Virus record (IMG/VR): IMGVR_UViG_3300030330_002808
Location: 1-64,000 of that record
Length of the DNA: 64,000 nucleotides
DNA from: an uncultured virus (IMG/VR IMGVR_UViG_3300030330_002808)
Taxonomy: Duplodnaviria > Heunggongvirae > Uroviricota > Caudoviricetes
Reading direction: 5' to 3' (one strand)
Shown here: positions 9,954-20,476 of the stretch, one piece after another
Layout of the letters: every line of letters starts with the position of its first letter
Position numbering within the stretch: position 1 is the first letter of the stretch
Notes under the pieces: generated by a model
What the model was told of the DNA's origin: nothing
The model's database searches: none
What the model saw: the letters and a program-made list of their open reading frames with translations, nothing else
Position numbers and translations under genes: made by a program

Positions 9954-12145
9954 TACCTTTGTCCATCTGGTTGTGTATCAGCTCTAAAAGTTCCATATCT
10001 CCAACTTTGATTTACTGAAGTATTTTCTACTCTTAAACTAGCAAATCTAGCTCTAGCTCTAGTATCTACTTTAGTCGTTGAACTATCTATTGTAAAGGGC
10101 CCCAGTGGAGATGAAGTTTCATTATCTACTGGAAAATCCTTTAATAATATTGATATTTTAGCATCCCCTGTTAAAACTTTAAAGTCTGGCACAAATCTTC
10201 TCATGCTTATAAAAAATTGACCATTACCTTGAATATCTAGGTCAAAATCCCCTGACTTTATAAAAGATACAATAGCTGTAGATGTACCATTAGCTGCTAC
10301 CTCATTAGTGCCTTGCTCATGTGCGTAGTAAATAGAAGATCCTCTTGAATTTGTAACACCATTTATAGTTGGAAAAGTTGGCACCCCTGTTGAATTAAAT
10401 TTTGTTGCATATGGATTTTCAAATAAAGATGCATCATAGTAAGTAGTTCTATCTAATGTGCCTGTTGTCCATACTCCCTCAGAGTAATTATAAGTTACAA
10501 CACGATCTATAATCGTTGAACCACTTTTTGGATAAAACCAATTTATTTCAGAGTATAAAGTATTGTAACCCGCATATACTATTTCAGCACTAGAAAATTG
10601 AATTCCTAAATTGTCACCATCAGTTGTAAAAACAAAATCCTCTACTAAACAAGGTAGTGATTTCACTGTTCCATCATAAACAAAAAAACCTCCAGCTTGA
10701 CCCATCCAATAAACTTTACCATCCACATATCTCATGGAGTGTTGGCCTATAGCTCCACAATTAGATCCGACCTGACGGATTGAGAATGTAAATGGAGGCC
10801 CAACAAATTGCATTACGTAAGCGGCAGTATCAGTCAAAATTAAAATGTAATCTTTTCCTTTTGCAGCACCTACTATTTTAGTCCCACTATCCAATCTAAA
10901 TGTTCCAGCAGTATTTGTAGATGTTGGTGCATAAGTATTTATATCTTCCTGATCAGAAAATCTTATAAATAATTTATCTTGTGATGATGTAGTGCCTATC
11001 GTTGTTTCAGTTCCAAAAATTATTAAGTGTCTATCTCTTTCGGATACCACAGATCCCACTGATGCAGTTGGTGCGTTTGTGACTTTAACAGCTCTTGTTG
11101 TTAATGCATTAGTATTTGCGGCTATAGGATTCCAAGAAAATGTGTTTCCATTTTTAACAGTAGCCACTAATTGTTGACCAAAATTATCCAATGTCCAATT
11201 TGCAGGTTCTAAAATAACTGATGACGTTCCTGAAGAAGAACCAAAACCTGTGAAATTTGATGCGTCTGTTACTGTTGCACCATTTGAGTGTGCTTGTCCA
11301 TTTGAAGTGCCCGGTGTCGCTGTTCCGTTAGCCCCCCTTGTAATACCAGTTAAATCGTTACTTGAGATACCACTATAAGTAATTAACTCATTACCAACTA
11401 AAACAACACCTGATGTTGGTAAATTAGCAACTGAGTTAAGTGTAATACTAGTTCCTGACCCACCTGTACCTGCTGTATCTGGATTTAAAGCTCCATTCAA
11501 TGATGTTTGTACTGGGTTAGTAACTGTACCACCATATAAACCAGTACCGAATCCATAACCAAATGTTTGAGTTGCAGGGCCAAAATCAACATAAGGTTTT
11601 ATAGACACTGCACCCGCAGCTGTCATACCAGTTCCAGTTTCATTTGAAGGCATAGTAATAACAACTGATGCAAAAGTGGCAGACTGAACTTCAAACGCAT
11701 TTGTTGTGAAATCACTTACAGAAAACCCTGTTGCACCACCACCTGGTAAAGTTACTGAATCTAATAAAATAAAATCACCTGCATTTATACCAGAGCCAGA
11801 TACATTTATTGTAACAGTTGCTGAACCGTTAACCGATGTAAAAGTTCCTCCAGAAATAGTAGATGCTAATGGAGTGATGTCATAAAAAGCATTAGAATAA
11901 TAAACTAATAATAATTTATCGGTTCCAATAGCTGCATATTGTCTACCATTTAAATCAGTCCACATATGCTGTTCTCTTGCTTGTCCAGCAAACGTGCTTG
12001 TAGTAAGCTGTTGCCAACCACCTATTTTCTCAGGTAAGCCATATCTAAATCTTACATTATCTCCATCAACCCACTGACCCTCAGCTCCAGTTTCAGTAAC
12101 TTGTTTATTAAATCCAGGTCTTATTGGTACACTTGTTAAAGGCAT
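9953..12145 (-). CDS. tail tubular/nozzle (head-closure, P22 gp10-like) protein
   Basis: 730 aa beta-rich ORF. WVDGDNVRFRYGLPEKIGGW N-terminus, IRFSDQE, and a DTQPDGQR C-terminus typical of this class. Confidence 0.7.
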   Translation of the reverse strand: MPLTSVPIRPGFNKQVTETGAEGQWVDGDNVRFRYGLPEKIGGWQQLTTSTFAGQAREQHMWTDLNGRQYAAIGTDKLLLVYYSNAFYDITPLASTISGGTFTSVNGSATVTINVSGSGINAGDFILLDSVTLPGGGATGFSVSDFTTNAFEVQSATFASVVITMPSNETGTGMTAAGAVSIKPYVDFGPATQTFGYGFGTGLYGGTVTNPVQTSLNGALNPDTAGTGGSGTSITLNSVANLPTSGVVLVGNELITYSGISSNDLTGITRGANGTATPGTSNGQAHSNGATVTDASNFTGFGSSSGTSSVILEPANWTLDNFGQQLVATVKNGNTFSWNPIAANTNALTTRAVKVTNAPTASVGSVVSERDRHLIIFGTETTIGTTSSQDKLFIRFSDQEDINTYAPTSTNTAGTFRLDSGTKIVGAAKGKDYILILTDTAAYVMQFVGPPFTFSIRQVGSNCGAIGQHSMRYVDGKVYWMGQAGGFFVYDGTVKSLPCLVEDFVFTTDGDNLGIQFSSAEIVYAGYNTLYSEINWFYPKSGSTIIDRVVTYNYSEGVWTTGTLDRTTYYDASLFENPYATKFNSTGVPTFPTINGVTNSRGSSIYYAHEQGTNEVAANGTSTAIVSFIKSGDFDLDIQGNGQFFISMRRFVPDFKVLTGDAKISILLKDFPVDNETSSPLGPFTIDSSTTKVDTRARARFASLRVENTSVNQSWRYGTFRADTQPDGQR

Positions 12146-12181
12146 TAGAAATTATACCATATTCAATAGTTGAAATCTATT

Positions 12182-12715
12182 TCACTTCATAAACATTTGA
12201 ACAGATATTCTAGGCATAATTTTACTTAAGACAGGGTTAACTTTGTGATCCATAGGAGCTTTTACTATAACCAAAGAATTGCCTATTATAGGTAAAAAAC
12301 CATGAGCTTTTTCATCCGCAAACATAAACTCCCCACCCCAATGAATATTCCATCTTCTATTTAAATAATAAGTAGCACCGTAATCCCATGAATTATCACT
12401 ATGCCAATTAATGCCAGATCTATTTTTCATATAATGAATTGTTGTGGTAATTATTTGAATTTTTGGTAATTTAAAAAACGTATTATTTCTTACTAATTCT
12501 TTTAAATCTTCAAACGGTTGATACTTATTCACCTCAACTCTGTCTGGTGCATTTAAATTTTTAATTAATCTATCATCCCAAATACCTTCAGATGTTGTTA
12601 AATTAATATTTTTTCTTTCTTTAATTATAGCATTATGAATGCCTTTATAAGCATCATGTTCAAGAAAATCTTGTATCCACCAAAGTTTATTAGGTATTGT
12701 ATAAACTAATTTCAT
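12182..12715 (-). CDS. 2OG-Fe(II) oxygenase
   Basis: HSD...WGGEF...H...RIS motif. Confidence 0.8.
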   Translation of the reverse strand: MKLVYTIPNKLWWIQDFLEHDAYKGIHNAIIKERKNINLTTSEGIWDDRLIKNLNAPDRVEVNKYQPFEDLKELVRNNTFFKLPKIQIITTTIHYMKNRSGINWHSDNSWDYGATYYLNRRWNIHWGGEFMFADEKAHGFLPIIGNSLVIVKAPMDHKVNPVLSKIMPRISVQMFMK

Positions 12716-12786
12716 TGTTGAAATTTAACTTTTTGTGTCATAACAATATGTATAATAAATTTTTATGAAATTAAAGTGTTAATGTA

Positions 12787-13332
12787 ATGGATCATACAGA
12801 GGCCATCGTAGATATACATGGTATAGTTGGAGAACCTTTTATAAAAAGAATGATTCCTTTTATAAAACACAAAGCTAAAAAACCTATGGAGATAAGCAAT
12901 CGTTTAGATAAAAACGTAAGAAATGTATCAGGTTATAATTTAAAAACAATAACACCTACTGATATATTTTATTTTAATTTTATAAAAAAAGAAATAGAAA
13001 GATTATATTATTATTACAAAATTAAATTTCCATTACTACGAACTAAAAAAGTAGATCAAATTGATTTGTTAAAATATAAATCGGGTGGTAAATATACTAC
13101 ACACACAGATTCTAATTCTATTACACACAGACATATAAGTGTTATTATGAATTTAAATGAAGACTATGAGGGTGGTGAATTATTATTTACAGATCAAAAA
13201 AATAATGATTTAAAAAAAATTCATTTAAAAAAAGGTTCAATAGTATTTTTTCCAAGTAATTTTCTATATCCTCATGGAATATTACCTATACTGAAAGGAA
13301 CTAGATACAGCATAGTTGCATGGCTACATTAA
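12787..13332 (+). CDS. 2OG-Fe(II) oxygenase (prolyl-4-hydroxylase-like)
   Basis: HTD...YEGGEL...FPSNFLYPHG...RYSIVAW motif. Confidence 0.85.
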   Translation: MDHTEAIVDIHGIVGEPFIKRMIPFIKHKAKKPMEISNRLDKNVRNVSGYNLKTITPTDIFYFNFIKKEIERLYYYYKIKFPLLRTKKVDQIDLLKYKSGGKYTTHTDSNSITHRHISVIMNLNEDYEGGELLFTDQKNNDLKKIHLKKGSIVFFPSNFLYPHGILPILKGTRYSIVAWLH

Positions 13333-13922
13333 ATTTTAAAATAATAAAAAATTTTTTTAATAAAAATGAACTTTTACTATTGCAAAAATATTGTTTTAAA
13401 AAAATAGAAGAAAATAATAACACCATAGATGAATATTCTTTTTCTCCGAGTTGGTATGAAGATATTTTAATGACATCTATTTTAGAAACAAAATTAGAAT
13501 TAGTTGAAGAAGCGTCTGATAAAAAATTATTACCAACATACGCATATTGGCGTTATTATGTTTTTGGTGGAGATCTAAAAAAACATACAGATAGACCTGC
13601 ATGTGAGATATCTGTTACTGCCTGTATAAAAAAATTTAATGATTGGCCTTTAACAATAGAAAATTCTACAATTGAATTAAATCAGGGAGATGCTTTATTA
13701 TATGCAGGTTGTGTTCATAGTCATAGTCGACCTGGAGTTTATAAAGGAGAGGGTATGGCACAAGCGTTTTTTCATTATGTAGAAAAAGATGGAGTGTTTG
13801 CTCATCATGCTTATGATAACTTTTCAAAAATCCATAAAAAGAATTATGCAGAAGGAGATGAAAAAATAAAAAAAAATTTAATAAATAATTATAGGAAAAA
13901 CAATGAACGAAAAAACAGTTGA
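13320..13922 (+). CDS. 2OG-Fe(II) oxygenase-like protein
   Basis: LKKHTDRPACEISVT...HSR...QAFFHY motif. Confidence 0.75.
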   Translation: MATLNFKIIKNFFNKNELLLLQKYCFKKIEENNNTIDEYSFSPSWYEDILMTSILETKLELVEEASDKKLLPTYAYWRYYVFGGDLKKHTDRPACEISVTACIKKFNDWPLTIENSTIELNQGDALLYAGCVHSHSRPGVYKGEGMAQAFFHYVEKDGVFAHHAYDNFSKIHKKNYAEGDEKIKKNLINNYRKNNERKNS

Positions 13923-14499
13923 TATAACTAATTTTATAGGAGTATATGATAATTATATTACTAAAGAAATGTGCGATAAAGCAATTACATTTTTTGAAAA
14001 TCAAAGTAAATTTAATAATACTTTAAACAGAAATATGTCGGAACGTGCATCTTCATTAAAAAAGAAGGATGAACAATATTTTTCTCATGGAGGTAATATA
14101 CATATATGGTGGCAAGAACTTAAAACAATGATGGTAAATTATGATTTAGCTTTTCAAAATTATTGTACACATGTTGGAGCTAAAGATAGTTATGATGTAG
14201 ATAATTTTTTATTTACCACTCTAAAAATTCAAAAAACTTTACCAACTGAGGGTTACCACATTTGGCATATAGAACATGGTAAAGGTTTTGATAATGAAGC
14301 TAGAGCTTTTGTTTTTTCAATATATCTTAATGACGTTCAGGAGGGTGGAGAGACAGAGTTTTTACATTTTTCTCGAAGAGTAAAACCAAAAAAAGGTAGA
14401 ATAGTAATTTGGCCATCAGGTTTTCCATATGTCCACAGAGGTAACCCTCCATTATCAGGAGAGAAATATATATTAACATCTTGGATGATGCTAAGGTAA
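13903..14499 (+). CDS. 2OG-Fe(II) oxygenase
   Basis: WHIE...YLNDVQEGGETEF...HRGNPPLSGEKYILTSW motif. Confidence 0.85.
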   Translation: MNEKTVDITNFIGVYDNYITKEMCDKAITFFENQSKFNNTLNRNMSERASSLKKKDEQYFSHGGNIHIWWQELKTMMVNYDLAFQNYCTHVGAKDSYDVDNFLFTTLKIQKTLPTEGYHIWHIEHGKGFDNEARAFVFSIYLNDVQEGGETEFLHFSRRVKPKKGRIVIWPSGFPYVHRGNPPLSGEKYILTSWMMLR

Positions 14500-14993
14500 T
14501 GATACATACCTATAATTTATTCAGCATAAATGTGTTTCAAGGTAAAATTATTGTTCCTGTAGAAACACATAAAAAAATATTAAATTATGTAGAAAAAAAT
14601 TATGAAGAAAAAGATTTGGTTTCTTGTGTTGATGGATTTCAATATCATGGTGATTTTAGTGGTAAAAAAGAATTAAACAAACTTATAAATAATCACATGG
14701 CTACTGTGTATCAGTTCAAAATTATACACGGTTGGTTAAATGTTTTAAAAAATAAATCTTATAATAAGCCTCATTTTCATACAGGTAATGACATAAAAGC
14801 TTCTGGAGTAATGTATTTGTCTTCTCAAAATAACAATATTAATTTTGTTAGAGATACAGATGTATTTGAAATAAGACCTAAACTATTTGATTATTTAGTT
14901 TTCCCTTTTAGCCTTCTACACTATGTCTTACCTGAAGATAGACAAGAGGCTAGAATTTGTTATGCTTTTAATTTAGAGACTTTACGGAGTTGA
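14481..14993 (+). CDS. 2OG-Fe(II) oxygenase (TIGR02466-like)
   Basis: PHFH...SGVMY...FPFSLLHYV...RICYAFN motif. Confidence 0.75.
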   Translation: MDDAKVMIHTYNLFSINVFQGKIIVPVETHKKILNYVEKNYEEKDLVSCVDGFQYHGDFSGKKELNKLINNHMATVYQFKIIHGWLNVLKNKSYNKPHFHTGNDIKASGVMYLSSQNNNINFVRDTDVFEIRPKLFDYLVFPFSLLHYVLPEDRQEARICYAFNLETLRS

Positions 14994-15419
14994 GTAAGAA
15001 GTGGGTCTAGCACCTTTTCTAGCTATTTGATCTTCATTACTTTCTGTTGTAGCAACTGTAGTAGGTTTACCTGTAGATTCGTCTGTATTATAAGTTACAA
15101 TTACGTCTGCATCCCAATCATTTTGTAGTTTTGCTAAGTGAGCTGCATCCCATTTATCAATAAATTGATCCCTGAAAGAACCTAAATTAGCCTCTGCCCA
15201 TGAAGTATTTTTTCCTAAAGTTCCAGGAACATACTCAACACAATCATTGTGATCATTATCATCATCTATAAATTGTATTGCATGAATATTATTCCATTTT
15301 GGATCATTCCAAAACGCATCGTCATTAATTACATATCTTTGTGGCCATCCATCTTCATTTTTTATAGATTGATTGATAATTTGTTTGTCATCAAATATTA
15401 CTGTCCATTTACTATTCAT
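14982..15419 (-). CDS. putative tail fibre-associated/assembly protein
   Basis: Acidic 145 aa ORF directly after the tail-collar gene. Confidence 0.45.
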   Translation of the reverse strand: MNSKWTVIFDDKQIINQSIKNEDGWPQRYVINDDAFWNDPKWNNIHAIQFIDDDNDHNDCVEYVPGTLGKNTSWAEANLGSFRDQFIDKWDAAHLAKLQNDWDADVIVTYNTDESTGKPTTVATTESNEDQIARKGARPTSYSTP

Positions 15420-15427
15420 CTAAACTC

Positions 15428-15973
15428 CTAAGTTTTAATAATATATATCACGGTTAAAAAAGGTTGTAAAACTGAAGTTGCATCACCTGAGAAATTGTGA
15501 CTGTGCGATCCTCCGCCACCAGTTGATCCCGTGCTTGATGACTGAGCTAATGGTGAAGATGGGTTTCCAGTATGTTCTTGTTCACCACCACTAGTTGGTT
15601 GAGCCGCTGGGTGATTGTGTGATGGAATCTGACTGGTTGATAGAGTTGTATTAGCTACGTTTCCAGTCGATGCTACTGTTTCCGCACCACCTGTTGAAGC
15701 TAATGCTTTGTTATTTGATTTTCCTACAGCAACTTTATCAGATAAATTTGGTAAGTTAAAAGTAGATGCCCCATCCCCTGATCCATAAGTTGTGCCAACA
15801 ATCGCAAATAATGCAGAGTAAGTAGATCTTGAAACCGCAGATCCATCACACTCTAAAAAACCAGTTGGAACTGAAGCAGAAGACCACTCTACGATAGTAG
15901 CAGTTGGTATTCCCTCGATACCAGTAAGATCAGCTCCAGTAAAATTGTATCTTGTTGCTTCGTAATTTGACAT
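15428..15973 (-). CDS. tail collar domain fibre protein
   Basis: PTGFLECDGSAVSRSTYSALFAIVGTTYGSGDGASTFNLP collar motif. Start re-called at MSNYEAT. Confidence 0.85.
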   Translation of the reverse strand: MSNYEATRYNFTGADLTGIEGIPTATIVEWSSASVPTGFLECDGSAVSRSTYSALFAIVGTTYGSGDGASTFNLPNLSDKVAVGKSNNKALASTGGAETVASTGNVANTTLSTSQIPSHNHPAAQPTSGGEQEHTGNPSSPLAQSSSTGSTGGGGSHSHNFSGDATSVLQPFLTVIYIIKT

Positions 15974-15974
15974 A

Positions 15975-16673
15975 TTATTTCTCCATATAAGTCCAGCCAA
16001 TATTTGAACCAGAAAAAACTAATCCAAATCCTGCACCCTCTGTGTTAACAACTAAGTCTGATGTTGCGTTTGCTATTTTAGAACTGTTTCTGCCTACAGT
16101 CAATGCAGCAGAATCAAAATTAAATCTTGAATCTATAAAATGAACTTCATCGCCAACTGCTGGTGAGGCTGGCAGTGTCACTGTAAAAGCTCCACCTGTT
16201 GTATCTATAAAAAGTTTAGCTCCAGCTTGAATTGTTTCTGCGGCAGTAAGTGTTCTCCATTTTCTATATTCATTTGCTTTTTCAATGTTTGTTCCATCTG
16301 AATATAAAACATAACAATTACCTTCACATAAAAGCACACCAGTTCCAGATGCAGTTTTAAAAGTTAATGTGTTTCCAGCGTGATCTGTTCCATCAACAAC
16401 ATTAAAAACTTTTTCAATACTATCTGGTAAAGTTACAGTTCTGTTTGCAGCCAATGTGCCAGTAAATTTTAAAGTTGCATTTCTTGCATTTGAAATTGTA
16501 GCATCTGTCATTGCTAATGTTACATCTGCTGATGCAACATCAATAGCTTCAAAACCAGCTACTGCTTGTTGAACTAAATTTAAATTTGAATTTGTTTTAT
16601 CACCCCATGTACCGGCATTTTCTCCGGTAGCCATTAGTTCAAGTTTTAAATCTGACGAAAAGGTGGAAGCCAT
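15975..16673 (-). CDS. tail fibre/baseplate-like structural protein
   Basis: LELMATGENAGTWG N-terminus and FTVTLPASPAVGDEV motif. Confidence 0.7.
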   Translation of the reverse strand: MASTFSSDLKLELMATGENAGTWGDKTNSNLNLVQQAVAGFEAIDVASADVTLAMTDATISNARNATLKFTGTLAANRTVTLPDSIEKVFNVVDGTDHAGNTLTFKTASGTGVLLCEGNCYVLYSDGTNIEKANEYRKWRTLTAAETIQAGAKLFIDTTGGAFTVTLPASPAVGDEVHFIDSRFNFDSAALTVGRNSSKIANATSDLVVNTEGAGFGLVFSGSNIGWTYMEK

Positions 16674-16735
16674 AATTTTTTATCTCCTATAATTTGTTAT
16701 TTTACTTAATGTTATAAATTTAATCAACCCTATGC

Positions 16736-17821
16736 TTAAGCAGCGTCTTTCCATGTATTATTCACTCCTAAATCAACCTCCTGCCACGGAGTAACATTTA
16801 CGCCATTTATTGAGGTTGTTAATGATTGTCCTGTAGGAACTACTCTGGCATTAGCCTGAGTGCCCTCTTCACCCATAGCTGATGTCAAAGATAATCCAGA
16901 GACACCGACAACAACTTGAGGAAGAGATGCAATACTACCTAATGATAGAGCCATAGACTGACCTGTCAAAGACTCATTTGTTGTTTGTGTTAAACTAAAG
17001 CTTCCTAGGGAAGAAGTCATTGATATGCCAGTTACAGGCACATCTAAGAATAATCCAGCAACCACAGACCCTATTGAACTTGTCATTGACTGACCAGAAA
17101 CTGATTCTGTAGTTGTTTGTGATAGTGATGTTGAACCTAAAGAAAGGTTCATTGTATGCTCGGCTACAGTAATAGATAAATCTTGATCTACTTTTACTGA
17201 AAAAGTTCCAAAGGTTGAGGATAAAGCTTGTCCTGTTACTGATACTGTAACATCAGTGGTAACTGTTTCAGATCCGATCGCAGAACTTAAAGATAGTCCA
17301 GTATTATTTTTAGCTGAATAATTTACTCCCCAAGCTTGATTTCCAAATGTATCTCTACCCCAACCTTCACCTATTAGGAAAGTTGGATCTACTGTGGATG
17401 CACCTACAGACAGAGTAGCAGAACTACCTGTTACTGGCACTCCAATATCTACAATTTCTGTGCCTATTGAGGTTGTTAAAGCTTGTCCTGTTACTGTAAT
17501 ATCAAAAGAGATACCAGCAATTTGTGTTCCTACTGAAGAAGTTAATGATTGTCCTGTGATCGATACATTAGCATCAGCAGTGACAGTAGTCGATCCAACG
17601 GAGGTTGTTAAAGATTGTCCTGTTACATTTTCAAAAGGTTGTAACTGTCCCCAGGCATTAATGTTCCATGCATCTCCGCCCCAACCAATTTCAACAATAC
17701 CTGTAGATGTTACTTGCCCAACACTTAGAAGTGCTGCTATGCCAGTTGGTTGAGCTGTTATATCTCCTTGTCCAGCCCAATTACCTTGATTCCAGCTTAG
17801 TGCACCCCAAGTGTTTGACAT
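16736..17821 (-). CDS. Ser/Thr/Gly-rich repetitive fibre protein
   Basis: Many VTGQSLTxSxG repeats and WG motifs. Confidence 0.65.
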   Translation of the reverse strand: MSNTWGALSWNQGNWAGQGDITAQPTGIAALLSVGQVTSTGIVEIGWGGDAWNINAWGQLQPFENVTGQSLTTSVGSTTVTADANVSITGQSLTSSVGTQIAGISFDITVTGQALTTSIGTEIVDIGVPVTGSSATLSVGASTVDPTFLIGEGWGRDTFGNQAWGVNYSAKNNTGLSLSSAIGSETVTTDVTVSVTGQALSSTFGTFSVKVDQDLSITVAEHTMNLSLGSTSLSQTTTESVSGQSMTSSIGSVVAGLFLDVPVTGISMTSSLGSFSLTQTTNESLTGQSMALSLGSIASLPQVVVGVSGLSLTSAMGEEGTQANARVVPTGQSLTTSINGVNVTPWQEVDLGVNNTWKDAA

Positions 17822-17830
17822 TCATAAACC

Positions 17831-18301
17831 TTACGCGATTCTAAGAATCGCAGCTGAAGTTGTAAATGCTGGGAACTGAATTGTAAATGTTCCTGAAGTT
17901 GCTGTTTTGTCTCCACCAAAATCTAAAACTGCTACTGCATCAGTAGTGTTTGATCCACCTGATGTAGTTGTGTTGTAGATAAGAGCTCCTCTTGCAGTCA
18001 GAGTAACACCAACAAAAGATAAATCTGCAAAGTCTGTGATTGCAGTGTTAGTTGCTACTGATGTTCCGACATTTACTAATGCTTTACCACCAGCTGTGTA
18101 ACCAGATGGTGAAGTTACTTCTGTATTTGATCCACCACCAGGGTTTGTTGCATATCCTGTAGTTGATTTTCCTAAAGTAGCTCCGTTTGTAAACATTGCA
18201 AGTTTGTATGTGCTTCCGTTAGGAGCAGCTTGAAACTTGTGAGCACCTTCTAATAATTCTTTTTTGAAAGAATTACATATTGCGTTAGTTGTTATAGCCA
18301 T
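17831..18301 (-). CDS. virion structural protein
   Basis: CNSFKKELL...GYTAGG...TARGALIYN...LDFGGDKT pattern of marine phage structural proteins. Confidence 0.6.
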   Translation of the reverse strand: MAITTNAICNSFKKELLEGAHKFQAAPNGSTYKLAMFTNGATLGKSTTGYATNPGGGSNTEVTSPSGYTAGGKALVNVGTSVATNTAITDFADLSFVGVTLTARGALIYNTTTSGGSNTTDAVAVLDFGGDKTATSGTFTIQFPAFTTSAAILRIA

Positions 18302-18313
18302 ATTTTCTCCTTA

Positions 18314-18979
18314 TTAATAAGTTGTGTTAGGAGCAGGAGATGGTACTTTAATTCTTGGAACACCATCATCATACTCTGCACGTCTTCTTCTGCCCATTTG
18401 TTGTAAGGCAAAATTTTGTATTTCTTCATTATACTTTGAATTATATAGATTGTATAGGTTATCAGGGCCTTTTAAAAATCTAAAACACTCAGCTAGAACA
18501 CCATGTAAAAGCATTGACTCCTGATAAGTTGAAATAAAAGTATTTGTTGAAGCATTAAAATGTGGTGGATCTTGTATATAATTAATCTGCACTGTATCCG
18601 CAGCTGCTGGTGTAGGAGCAACAATAATATTAAAATCATCAAAATTTGCAAAGTATTTAGGCGTTCCTTGTTTACCAGTCCCATTAAATTCAGATATAAA
18701 ACTAGTATCTTTTTTTTCTAAAAAAGTTCTATTACCACTGGAATCAATATGCTCTACAGATCTCATTACAATCAAATCAGCAGGTAAAGATACAGCTCTG
18801 TTTCCTGCTGTAAATGTTGAGGTTGCTGCTCTTCTTAAATCATCATAATCAACTCTTCCAGCTATATCTATTTCTACATTTCTAATAAATTGATCAATCA
18901 AAGTATCACTTAAAACTGTGCTGCTTACCTCAGTATAATTTCTTACTTGTGTCAAAAAATTAGCGTGTGTTATGGCCAT
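18314..18979 (-). CDS. putative head-tail adaptor protein
   Basis: GTPKYFA and VAPTP motifs. Position in the virion operon. Confidence 0.6.
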   Translation of the reverse strand: MAITHANFLTQVRNYTEVSSTVLSDTLIDQFIRNVEIDIAGRVDYDDLRRAATSTFTAGNRAVSLPADLIVMRSVEHIDSSGNRTFLEKKDTSFISEFNGTGKQGTPKYFANFDDFNIIVAPTPAAADTVQINYIQDPPHFNASTNTFISTYQESMLLHGVLAECFRFLKGPDNLYNLYNSKYNEEIQNFALQQMGRRRRAEYDDGVPRIKVPSPAPNTTY

Positions 18980-19419
18980 TATGTTATACTCACTGTTATA
19001 TTACCGACAACTGTACTTAATTGTCTTTGTCTATTCTGTTTTGAACCATCATCTGGAACCATAGATGAAATAGATGTGGTTATTCCATTCCCTGTAAAAT
19101 TTTGTGAAAAAACACCAAATCCAAATATTCCTGGTAATGTTAAATTAATCACTTGAACTTGAGTTCCTCCTGAATCAGAAATTGTAATATCATTGTTAAA
19201 TTTTTGAGCAGGTTGTTGAAACTTCATTGGTCTTGCATTTTGTATTGCAATAGCATCAGCGGTAGTACGTCTTCTTCTTATTTGTGGATGCTTTGGTTCA
19301 AACTCTGTAAAATGAACTAAAGATCCATTCCATTCTCTAACCATTTCATCATAAGGAAACTCCATACCTGATCTATCTGATATGGCTTTTGAATATTTTC
19401 CTACTGCAAATTTAGACAT
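18979..19419 (-). CDS. hypothetical protein
   Basis: AISDRSG...EWNG...EPKHPQ pattern. Coupled ORF. Confidence 0.6.
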   Translation of the reverse strand: MSKFAVGKYSKAISDRSGMEFPYDEMVREWNGSLVHFTEFEPKHPQIRRRRTTADAIAIQNARPMKFQQPAQKFNNDITISDSGGTQVQVINLTLPGIFGFGVFSQNFTGNGITTSISSMVPDDGSKQNRQRQLSTVVGNITVSIT

Positions 19420-20114
19420 TATATACTCGTTGGGTAAAAGGATTGTGGAGTTATAAATGTAGAAGCTCTTTGACCATCTTCTTCAAGAGCTCTTTTTAAT
19501 TCATCTTCATAAATTATTTTATTCTGTTGAACAAGTTGGGGACTTTTTTTCATTGAAAGATAATAAGCTAAACCAGCACACATGCATGGTAAAAATCTGT
19601 ATGCGACATCTGCTTGGTCTGTATATGCTCCCGCATCTTCTATTCTTTTTATTACAAAATATTTTAAAACAGTATACGTATTTAAATCTGGTGTTTGGTA
19701 TAAATTAATTACTGGTGTAGTTTGTCTATCAACATAATATTGTGATGGTGTCCCTGTTTCAAATTTATTAGGAATAGCTGCGTATGCAGATCTATCTATT
19801 TTAGATAATGATATATCTTGTGTATTAGAAGTATTAGATGCAGCAGCAGTTGAAGATATGAATGCCTCAAGCACATCATTAACATCTGATGAAACTGTAT
19901 AAGTAGCTTGTCCTGCCACTAAAGTATTTTCATCTTGTTCAACCTTCCAAAGATGTATGCCTCTATTACCCCACTCTGCAAATAATAAGTTAAGAGATCT
20001 TCTAGCAGATTTTAAATCATAGCCTGAACTAGTTACAATTGCACATCTCTCGTATGCCTCTTGTATAATGTCATCTATATTTAAATCAAATCCTGTAGTT
20101 CCTGATGTAGCCAT
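19419..20114 (-). CDS. putative head-tail adaptor / tail tubular protein A-like
   Basis: ARRSLNLLFAEWGNRG and GTPSQYYVDR motifs. Confidence 0.65.
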   Translation of the reverse strand: MATSGTTGFDLNIDDIIQEAYERCAIVTSSGYDLKSARRSLNLLFAEWGNRGIHLWKVEQDENTLVAGQATYTVSSDVNDVLEAFISSTAAASNTSNTQDISLSKIDRSAYAAIPNKFETGTPSQYYVDRQTTPVINLYQTPDLNTYTVLKYFVIKRIEDAGAYTDQADVAYRFLPCMCAGLAYYLSMKKSPQLVQQNKIIYEDELKRALEEDGQRASTFITPQSFYPTSI

Positions 20115-20476
20115 TATAATATATCCTTATAGTAATCCATTAATCCACCGCCTTTTTTCTTAACAACATTTTCAAGTGCTTTTGCTTGTCCCGCATGTGC
20201 CTTTGATGCTTTTTTTAATTTTGCAGCTACACTTTTAATTGTAGACTCACCACCATCTGATAATGTCATTACTCCTTTTGTAGCTTTACCATAACTTTTA
20301 AATATATCACTTATTCTACTACCAACTTTAGGTTTTGATTTTGGTAATTTACTTTTATCTCTTCTTTCGGCCGCATCTGCTTTATCAAAAGCTTTCATTG
20401 CTTCACCTTTAGAAATTACTTTTCCTTTTTTATCTTTATAAACTACACCTGCTTCTTTATTTTTAATTTTTGTCAT
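20114..20476 (-). CDS. basic modular protein ending GGGLMDYYKDIL
   Basis: Lys-rich. Shares its C-terminal module with 30364..31248. Confidence 0.65.
   Translation of the reverse strand: MTKIKNKEAGVVYKDKKGKVISKGEAMKAFDKADAAERRDKSKLPKSKPKVGSRISDIFKSYGKATKGVMTLSDGGESTIKSVAAKLKKASKAHAGQAKALENVVKKKGGGLMDYYKDIL

Noticed and set aside
14982..17821. Diversity-generating retroelement or invertible tail-fibre switch
   Set aside because: I saw no reverse transcriptase, invertase, template/variable repeat pair or flanking inverted sites.
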